Assembly (NCBI GenBank): GCA_964035545.1
Contig: OZ037768.1
Span: forward strand, 930,001-994,000
Reading direction: 5' to 3'
Length of the DNA: 64,000 nucleotides
From: Bugula neritina
Lineage: Eukaryota > Animalia > Bryozoa
The position numbers and the translations under genes were made by a program. Under the pieces are notes generated by a model. It did no database searches, was not told where the DNA came from, and saw only the letters and a program-made list of their open reading frames with translations. Positions within the stretch are counted from its first letter, which is position 1. Each line of letters starts with the position of its first letter. Positions 55,301-64,000 of the stretch are shown piece after piece.

Positions 55301-57797
55301 ACTAAGATCTATATGTCTGTAAGCCTGGGTACATAAAGTTATAATTAGGAATATGGAATCTTATCTTTTCTTGTGTTTTGTAATCACTAGAAAATAAGCT
55401 CCCATTATAAATATCTGTGTATGTAACCTACATGACTCCTTTTAGGTGTCGGCCTTGCATTCAAAGACCACCTCATCAGCTCGTCTGAGTGGCACTAAGA
55501 AGGCGGAAGACGATGGCAGCCCACTGAGGGATGCTGTCAATAAATATTTCCTAGATGTGAAGGTCACCTTATAAACTAGTATACTGTATATTCTTATAAA
55601 CTAGTATACTGTATATTCTTATAAACTAGTATACTGTATATATTCTTATAAACTAGTATACTATATATTCTTATAAACTAGTATACTATATATTCTTATA
55701 AACTAGTATACTGTATATATTCTTATAAACTAGTATACTGTATATATTCTTATAAACTAGTATACTGTATATTCTTATAAACTAGTATACTATACATTCT
55801 TATAAACTAGTATACTGTATATTCTTATAAACTAGTAGACTGTATATATTCTTATAAACTAGTATACTATATATTCTTATAAACTAGTAGACTGTATATA
55901 TTCTTATAAACTAGTATACTGTATATTCTTATAAACTAGTATACTTTATTATATAATTACTGGGTTGTAGAAAGGAGTCCAGGACTCGAATAAATCAACT
56001 TCATTGCCTCAGGTGGCTCAAGTGGAAAATGATGACAAACTGGATAAAGACAGTGATCTGACCACCAGGTATGTACTCAGTCTGCCAGGTATATATTACC
56101 AGGTATATATACTACCAGGTATATACTACCAGGTATATACTACCAGGTATATACTACCAGGTATATACTACTAGGTATATACTACCAGGTATATACTAAC
56201 AGGTATATACTAACAGATATGTACTACCAGGTATATACTACCAGGTATATACTACTAGGTATATATACTAACAGGTATATATACTACCAGGTATATACTA
56301 CCAGGTATATACTACCAGGTATATACTACCAGGTATATATGCTACCAGGTATATGCTAACAGGTATATACTACCAGGTATATACTAACAGGTATATATAC
56401 TCAGTCTAACAGGTATAAATTATATTGTTTTAGTCGATCACATTTCACCAGTATCTACATACCTCTGCCTGCACCAATGCACCAGGCAGATGTGACTATC
56501 AAACCTTCTCTCAAACAATCTTCACAGAGTCTGAGGATGGGGCGAATGATGGCCCGAGTAAACAAGGTACTAGATTGAGGACTTAGGCTATTTGACTCAA
56601 CATGTGTTTTATATCTTCATATGTTGTATGCTTCTCTTTCATTTTATAAATTCATTATCAACATTGAATGACTTATTCTGTAATCAATATAATATTGATC
56701 ATTGGGAAAGTTGGGTGCATATTTGCTAAGTTTTGATACGTCGAGTTACATTAGATAATTGCTTCATGAAAAGTTGTGTTTTTGTAAAATACAGTGGATT
56801 TGCTCCGAAATCGAAAAATAAATTCAAAACTAGAAAACCCTAACTAAGCAGAAATTTCATCCTGCCAGAACTGTTAATATGAATAGTGTGATGTTGGACT
56901 CATTTCCCCCTTAGTTATTATTTCATAGACATTGACTTAGTATGAGCTTTACTCAAACCATGTGTATTTCTCTATCACTGTATATTATTGACACTTCAGT
57001 TGCTAATAGTTTTATTAAAGTACAATGATTTGTGTTTTTGAACATTAATAGAAAGAGTCCGCTGTAAAGTTTGAAAAGGTGGCTGTCTCAATGAACAGGG
57101 AGGCGGGAATTTTAACGGAGGTTGCAGATGAGGTATTTTATTACATTTACGATTATTTTCTTGTAATAGCCATGAAAGAAGGTTGTAAATTGATACTTTT
57201 ATTCCCAATGGTGTCAGAGTAAGCCCACAGAGTTTGTTTTTATGATGATGGCTAAATTTTATTAGATCCCAACTCTTTCACACTTTTTACAGCTTTGACT
57301 GTAATCGTCAACATTAGGTTTAATATAGATATACTCAGGTAGGCTTGTACTTTGCTATAGACTAACACTGATTATGTTTCAACAATATTCAGCAGTAATA
57401 TGTAAACGTAATGTTGTATTTCCTGCTTTTATTCTAACATTAAAATTAAAAAATATATACGAGCAGAAAGCAAACTCTGAATCTCTCTAACATGACCCTA
57501 AATCGAATAGACAACTCCTACTTAAATATAAAAACAATTGCCCTCCAGCTTAAGCCACTGACTAGTGATTTTAATTGTAAAACTACAAATATTTTAAAAT
57601 GAAAATTTTTCATGAAAAGCTGATCTGAATGCTGTCAATAAGAAACCTTCTCACATTTATTTCTATTGTCGCAGACGGAGGTTGTGACGCAGCCGTCTGA
57701 GAGAGTGGATTTGTTGTCACCAGAAATAGACACCAGCAGTGTGAACTCTTCTGAGAAGAAGTACGGGATCTCCAGTGAGAGGTCCCCAATACGCTAG
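33434..57797 (+). CDS. ABCA5: ABC transporter subfamily A, full transporter (ABCA5-like), ~1841 aa, 36 coding exons
   Basis: Exons 33434-33526, 33887-34069, 34636-34837, 35119-35216, 35439-35653, 36696-36885, 41286-41459, 41735-41882, 42313-42549, 43123-43256, 43565-43717, 43996-44115, 44439-44668, 45260-45402, 45652-45789, 46010-46179, 46821-47040, 47669-47787, 48127-48273, 48514-48657, 48921-49052, 49428-49580, 50167-50313, 50685-50786, 51594-51803, 52031-52231, 52609-52781, 52910-52985, 53637-53851, 54108-54346, 54651-54706, 55025-55117, 55446-55562, 55971-56068, 56434-56566, 57675-57797; all phases agree. NBD1: [39 protein letters not shown]2: [36 protein letters not shown]. Also [12 protein letters not shown] and [10 protein letters not shown]. 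The ABCA family call is firm; ABCA5 vs other ABCA is an inference; the last four exons are less certain. Confidence 0.9.
34085..34565. repeat. 21-bp minisatellite filling ABCA intron 2
   Basis: ttgtctacactgtactatac(c/a), more than 20 copies. Confidence 0.93.
35228..35438. repeat. Minisatellite filling ABCA intron 4; last unit is the acceptor
   Basis: tgctatgtgctatacacacag units; the terminal tatacatacag is the acceptor at 35438. Confidence 0.9.
35846..36299. repeat. 50-bp tandem repeat, 9 copies
   Basis: agtatgtcac recurs exactly every 50 nt from 35861 to 36261. Confidence 0.95.
37601..39680 (-). CDS. Uncharacterised ~497-aa Lys/Ser-rich protein, nested antisense in ABCA intron 6
   Basis: Exon 39389-39680 (cttag|ATG ... 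ACAG|gtgaaa, phase 1) joins in frame to exon 37601-38802 (ttttcag|AT GAG); total 1494 nt. The 1.2-kb non-repetitive open frame lies in AT-rich DNA, and minus-strand AATAAA motifs follow near 37340-37505. Candidate 5' UTR exons have donors near 40215 and 40417. I recognise no domain. Confidence 0.75.
39245..39358. repeat. 8/16-bp repeat in the intron of the nested gene
   Basis: tctacagg/tctacata units. Confidence 0.8.
40036..40118. repeat. (TA)n microsatellite
   Basis: Pure TA run followed by tatg units. Confidence 0.95.
40855..41241. repeat. 38-bp tandem repeat, ~10 copies
   Basis: agtatatacctacagggtggtcacatgatgtagtacaa, with a gradient of variants (ggg>gca>aca) along the array. Confidence 0.93.
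41470..41603. repeat. 21-bp repeat just after donor 41459
   Basis: gatctcattgctagctgtgta, about 6 copies. Confidence 0.92.
42554..42800. repeat. 17-bp repeat beginning within the donor at 42550
   Basis: gctggtcacatctgtat variants, degenerating distally. Confidence 0.9.
44668..45050. repeat. 31-bp tandem repeat starting at the ABCA donor (A|GTATGT), 13 copies
   Basis: agtatgtctagacagtaactatgacatcatg; period 31 from 44668 to 45040. Confidence 0.95.
46195..46503. repeat. 23-bp repeat containing CAG|GTAAAA, 14 copies
   Basis: actgcaggtaaaactatgagtgt, starting ~15 nt after the donor at 46179. Confidence 0.95.
47826..48114. repeat. Compound GT-rich minisatellite filling ABCA intron 18
   Basis: acagtgtgttactgtgtgtgttactgtgtat variants. 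Confidence 0.9.
49075..49378. repeat. Imperfect (AC)n microsatellite
   Basis: Long interrupted AC run. Confidence 0.93.
49636..50166. repeat. 30-bp tandem repeat whose last unit is the ABCA acceptor, 18 copies
   Basis: ttacag recurs every 30 nt from 49651 to 50161; the exon starts at 50167. Confidence 0.96.
50855..51420. repeat. AT-rich minisatellite, ~38-bp unit
   Basis: atgatattatatgtgatagtatgtgtgatagtgtatat variants. Confidence 0.9.
51860..51995. repeat. Imperfect (AGT)n microsatellite
   Basis: agt/ggt/act triplets. Confidence 0.85.
54791..55012. repeat. 13/18-bp repeat ending near acceptor 55024
   Basis: gtgactgtatcgt and tgactgtattatgtcatt units. Confidence 0.88.
55569..55945. repeat. 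25-27-bp repeat filling ABCA intron 33
   Basis: ttataaactagtatactgtatattc, about 15 copies, starting 6 nt after the donor. Confidence 0.93.
56063..56416. repeat. 14-16-bp repeat of exon end + donor (ACCAG|GTAT), filling ABCA intron 34
   Basis: actaccaggtatat, about 24 copies; the first is the true junction ACCACCAG|GTATGT. Confidence 0.92.
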
Positions 57798-60700
57798 AGG
57801 TGCTACAGGCTAAGGACCGATCTATGTACTGTACACACTTTATGTGGTTATGTGACTTTATGTGGTCATGTGACGTGATGCGGAGTAATTAATTTATAAC
57901 TTGCTATGAAAGTCCTTAAATATGCAGATATGATGTTTTTGAAGTAACACGTCTTTATGTCTTTCTCTGTATTTTGTTAGCTTTCAACTAAATAAAACAA
58001 AGATTTAAATTTAAAACAACATTTGAGTGTTTTTACAGTACCTATTCAGGAGTTATCCCGCCACAGTCACAGTTATTGCATTTCATAAAGTGTACGTAAC
58101 TAAGTAACATCAAACAGATATCAGCTTTACAGAGCTGGTACACTGCAGATAAAACTTAAACTCTTAAATCTTTCAAAACAATATTTCATGATTTTATTGA
58201 TGAGACTCTAGAGAATGCATTGCAGAAGTCTAAACTCTTTTATCTGGCATAATGTGACAACAACATATCGCACTAAATTTTACAGAGTCTATAGTATAAA
58301 CTGCATATAATTTAGAATATTAGACATACACAGCTTTAGCTTTACAGCATGCAGCACGCAGTACAAATCATGCATATTCATATATGTACTAGAATGTGGT
58401 ATGCATTATTCATGATGGGAAGAGCACTATTTGAATATAGACATTAGCATCATCTGCTAACACCTGCGCAGCCTGGTCACGTGATCAGAGTGCAAGCATT
58501 AGAATAATACAGCAATAATTATACTTTATAGCTAATAGAAGGATAATAAAGGGGTGTAATTCAAGGTGTATATTATATTATATTATTTGGTTAAACTATT
58601 TAGCTACTGTTTGAAATTGCAAGAATTTAATGAAGAATTTATGACAACTTTTCATTCTCAACAGTGCCTTGCTACATGTAGCTGGGTATATAATGCTGTT
58701 CTAGCACCACACATTGTACATATAGCAGTAATGAAATGAGTTCATGCAATTCTAGTTTCTCGAAGCAAGAAGATTTTTATCTCAAACTCCAAGTTTGTTT
58801 GGACCATGCAATAAGTGGTCACTTATGTTTGCTAGCCAACCAATGCCATGATGCTACAACACAACGTTAGACTGTGACTTACACAGTCTATGAGATCTCC
58901 AACTCAAGGGGGGGGTGGAGAGGGGAGGGAGAATTTAGAGTTACATGGTGTGTAGTGAAAGGTGCAGGGTATATCAGAAGCTGCTTATTGCAAGTGAACT
59001 TGAGTCAGTTTAGATTTAGAGTTTTTCTATTTATCCGTGAGGCACCCTTTGCTGAGGCACGCGTTAGTGAGGCAGCTAATGGTCTGGCATCCCCCTTAGT
59101 CAAGGTGAGTTAATAGTTTATTTTCCAGATGACAAGCAGCTTTCTTAGTCTTTCCTCTGTAATAGCTGACACTAAAAGCTGAAAGCATTTTACGTTCTCT
59201 CACAAGGAAAGCTTACTATAAAATAAGAGAGTTGGAAGCTCTATGCTAATCTTCTACAAGGTGAATGAACTGATCCATAGAAAAAAAGCAATATTATCTT
59301 TAATTGAAATTTAAATTTAAGGAAATGAAGTATAGAGGTGATTAGCATCTGGGAGTATTCAGTATTCACCTCTCAGGGGAATAGCTTTCTGCCGATGAAC
59401 TACAGAGGTTTGTCCTGCTAGCAGCTAACGTTCTTTGCTATAGTGAGCATGTAGCCTGTAGAGGAGTGGTCACAGTATGCCCCTACTTCACAGTACCTCA
59501 GTTGTTGGTACCACACTAATATATTATAAGTATAGATGCCGTATATTGGTTTTGGTTTGTAAAACAACTTCTTCTCTCTCTCTAAATTAATAGTTTGTCT
59601 TACCCAGCCTTAGCAACAGTGTGTGAAACACAGAACAGAGTACCACTTAATCATAAATAAGTATCAAATAAACTTGTTAACTCATTAGTCTCAAGTCAGG
59701 GGCCTTAAAAGTTAATAATTAGGCAAGTCTATTTACAAACTCGTCATAGAGTTCACCTCTGTAGTAGAAATTAACCTTCCCTTTTATGGTATTGTGGTGT
59801 TGTTTGTGTTGTACTCTAGGTTTTGGTGAACCAGTTGATATAAATACATGTGGAATATTTAAATTTGTATTTTTATATGTGTAGGTTGTACACCTTATCA
59901 GTGATAACATTACTATTTTATACTTTAGTTGGCTGCATTGTATTTTTTCTGCTTGAAGAACTTTTTCATTTTCCAATGATTACTTGATATGAATATACTA
60001 TATATTCACGGACAGAGCTGTTTTCATTAGTTGCAGTAGAGTGCATACTTTGGTGCAGGAGATAATTTGTAATAAGATTTATATATCTGATGAGGTCTTA
60101 TGTATATAAATAGATTGTATCACTCAGAAAGAGTCGTTGACATCAAAGGTGCTATTTGGATTTCAATTCAGCTGTTATGCAGCATTCCACATGAGAGTTT
60201 TGAGTATACATTTAAGAAAACAGATTTTCAGTTCAATTTCCTGTTTAAGTGTTAATATTGTTGTTTTCATTCACGGCTCTACTATTATTAGCACAAAAGG
60301 GTTTTCTTCCTCTATACCACCTGCGATGGAGATCTAATCAATAAAACTAACCAATCAGGACAAAGCTACTATACGCATCAACGTACGAACTTGAGTACAG
60401 CTTGCAGTAAGAGATAGACTGGGCAGCTGTGCTGTAGATATTAGAGTCGGTGTGCGCATTCAACTGGGGTAAGTGTGTAGCATACACTTCAGTTTTACAA
60501 ACTCATTTTTAAGTGAGAGTTATTTTGAATCCAACACTTTTATATAATTTGTGTTTAGGAACTAACAGTTGAGGAGTTATCCTTATTGGAAGCCACAGTT
60601 TTGTGAAACTGCTGCCTAGATGAATCATAAATTCTCTGGCAGCTAGTTTTGGCTGCCATTCAATGTTCTGTGAAGAGATTATACAGAATAATCTAGAATA

Positions 60701-61176
60701 ATTTACTCGGTTTTTGCTTAAGCTGGTATTTCCTAGTAACACAACAAAAATAGGTCATAATAATTAAAAATTTATTTCAATCATTGTTAAAATACCTAAA
60801 GTTGAACTTATTTAAAATTTTAAAAAGAAATAAAACGTTTGTTAACATTACTTGTTAACGCCTACTTATAATGGCCAGTATTTACACTGAATTTCACAAT
60901 GTGTTTTCATGTCTGTGATATGTAATAAATCAATCAATCAATTGTTAAAATATTTATATATTTGACACCTTATTTAATTAGGTGATAATATTGCGTAATA
61001 GGCGTTAACACAGAAATTATCTGGTTGAAAATGTATTTAGGTATAATTGCAAAATTTTAGGTTAATGTATTACATTGCAGTGCTGAATTCACTCTAAAAC
61101 ATATAAATATAGTGTATACCACTTTTGTCTTTGATAATTCAGCTATATAACTTCACATAGCTAACAAAGTAAGCAC

Positions 61177-61393
61177 TGTCACATGATGTCACATGCTATC
61201 ACATGCTGTCACATGCTGTCACATACTGTCACATGCTGTCACATGCTATCACATGCTGTCACATGCTGTCACATGCTATCATATGCTGTCACATGCTGTC
61301 ACATGCTATCACATGCTATCATATGCTATCACATGCTGTCACATGATGTCACATGCTATCACATGCTGTCACATGCTGTCACATGCTGTCACT
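61177..61393. repeat. 10-bp tandem repeat
   Basis: acatgctgtc/acatgctatc, about 21 copies. Confidence 0.93.
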
Positions 61394-64000
61394 GCAGTAC
61401 AATCAAAGTTCTATATCACAGTGTAAGTTTTAACATGTATATCTTTCATGCTGACATGAAGTGCTTTAAAGTTTTGAACGGAAGTGAAATTTCACTTTCC
61501 TTTTTTTTGTTAGACTTGATCTTCACAATTACGCAGAAAGCTATTTTGATAAAAGTTGAAACTGGTGTAACACAAGAGAGGGCAGGGGTGGGGCGGATGA
61601 ACACCAGAAGGAACAGAGGGAGGGTAAGGGACAAGGGAGAGTAGGGGATAAGGGAGGGTAGGGGACAAGGGAGGGCAGAGGACAAGGGAGGGCATTATTT
61701 TAAAGCTCTATATCAACCCAAGCTGGCAGATTTACTCTTCCCTCTCCCTCCTCTCCCCTCCCTCTCTAACTCTGTTCCTATCCACCCCTGGAGGCCAGTT
61801 TTTAAAATAGTTGCTGCTGCTTGTAACATAAATTGGGTTCTTTAAGGTTAACGTGTCGTGTGTTTATAAATACAGGCGGAGTTTAAATGCCAACCCATTA
61901 CCTCAGAAGGTAGACAAAGAGCTCTACCGCCATACACTTCTCTTGTTTCTAGATCTCAAAGGCTGTATGAACACCTTATCTCATCATCACTAGAGCAAGA
62001 TCAGATGACAGGCTGAGAGACACACAGACAGACAGACAGACATAGACTAGTCTATATACATGTGTTAACAGCCTAGCATACGATGCTCTAGATACCCACA
62101 CAATAGATATAAAATACAAGACACACAAACAGAAAAAGGTTGCATTATGGATTTTATAGATGGTCTGGATATAGAATTAGATAAGGAGTTTTATTACCCA
62201 GGGGAGACAATCAATGGAGCGGTGAACATATCATGTATAGCGAATGCTAGGATCAGAGGTACACAGTGTTTACTCAAGTCTCTGCCACTAATTATATATC
62301 TCTCTGTATGCATGCAGTAACTTAATTAGCAGGAAAATAGCATTTTTCCAACAGTAACAAGTTTAGCATAATAAGGTTTGATTTAAAAGGTTTGGTAGTT
62401 CAACGCTGACAGCAACTTCCTATAAAATCAATACACATAGATAAATACTCTCCCAGTCGGCAGCGTGTCTTGATTGCTTCCTTCTATCCATACAAGCTGC
62501 CCATTTCTGAAATATTCAACGATTTAATCTTCCATTTTAAATATTGTTCTTTGATTTGACTTGAGTACAGAATACAGATTCTTTCTCATTTGGCCTTGTT
62601 ACTGTTGAGTTTTCATTCTGAAAATTTTGGCATTTCACCGTTGCTTACAAGTTGCTACACAACTGCACATCGATACACACAACCTTGTGTTAAGTTGCCA
62701 CACACTTCAAACCATTCTTATCACAGAATAAGTAACGTGCATTTCTCACGCGTATAAGGGAAGTGAGAATCGAGTTCTCTTTTCTAGGAAAGTTGCTATC
62801 ACTACTAGTCGTAGCTGTAGAGTGGTGTGCAGCTGTTAATGAAGAAAAGTTGTGTAATTAAATATGTAGATACTGCAAACCCTGGCCAAGTCACACATTA
62901 GGAGTAGGTTTACACAGCCTGTTATATAATCACCTCTTACTATTTAGATACTATTTATTTTCTATAATTGATCAGTGGTTTCGCAGAAAATAATTAAAGG
63001 CCAGGGTATATCTGCAGAAAGCATTATTTATTGGCAGCTATGCCGGGCTGTCAGATATTATATGCAGAAATATTATTAACTGGCCATTAAATAAATACCT
63101 GCATAACCTAGAGGTTGTTGTCTGCTAATTAGTGTAATATGCAGCACTTTGCTACAGTCTAATTCTGCAGATAATCTCTGTATTCATCTTAATACCTTTT
63201 AGTTTATAGTTAGATATAACAAACTTTCTTAATTAAGAATTGTGTATATTGTGGAATATATTACGCTGAGGAAATGTAGACTTTTTAATAATTTCAGTTT
63301 CATTTTGAATCCAAAAGCAGTAAAGAGAAGTAGCAATATAACATAACTAGTAATTAGTGTGTATAACATCTGCTATGAGTTATATTATATGCTATATGTT
63401 AAAAGTACATTAAGTATAACAAATATAAAATGCGCTGCTTGGTATTTGAAGTGAAACCAATTCAAAAGCCGACTTTATGTGCAAAATTTAACTCAAGAGG
63501 AAAGTTATTATACGTCACAAATAATAAAACTAGACGTCTGATTTAGTTATGTAATGCAATGCAATGCAATGTAACATAATGCATTATAATGTTATGATAT
63601 TTTGAATGGGTGGAAGCAAATTTATGAGAAACGCTTCTAAAAGAGGTACATTGCTGTGAAAAATACTTAACTACTCAGCTGATACACATATTTGATATTT
63701 TTCTCAGAATATTACCAAACATGAGAAATTAGTATAATTTATTCAGATTGTTTCTTATAATTAATGGCTGTTGGAGACAAAACTTATTAAGTCATGATTT
63801 ATTTTGTTGTTTTTGTGATCTCCGGCCCTTTTGATTATCTAATAGCCTAAATGAACAGAATTGTAGCAATTTAACAGAAATACATTGAAATGGTTCCAAT
63901 GAGTTTCACATATAGTGCTACTCTAGTTTGCATGCATGCCTCTGTGAAACAATATTAGAAAGTATAAACTTAACCTCAGCTTAACACGATAACATAGGTA

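Noticed and set aside
58800-64000. Exon-like fragments on the minus strand after ABCA
   Set aside because: Short frames are interrupted by stops, with no recognisable protein or consistent splice chain. A gene or lncRNA here cannot be excluded.

Overview
AT-rich, intron-dense animal (invertebrate-type) genomic DNA, not prokaryotic. By reading GT..AG boundaries and checking exon phases I could assemble five conserved genes and one orphan. In order: the 3' end of an L-type Ca2+ channel alpha-1 gene (Cav1, +, to 6615); Bicaudal-D (-, 9172-16561); PRP4 kinase (-, 19682-25362); ACBP-crotonase ECI2 (+, 27181-32661); a full-length ABCA5-like transporter (+, 33434-57797, 36 coding exons); and an antisense ~497-aa gene nested in ABCA intron 6 (-, 37601-39680). 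The most striking feature is non-coding. Roughly half of the ~74 introns carry their own private tandem array (unit 10-50 bp, each unrelated to the others), usually abutting a splice site, while intergenic DNA is nearly free of them. In several introns the unit is the splice junction itself, sometimes including exon sequence, copied about 7 to 24 times. The true site is then the exon-proximal copy among many near-identical decoys. Most long ORFs in the supplied track are artefacts of these arrays. All exon boundaries are manual calls without transcript data.
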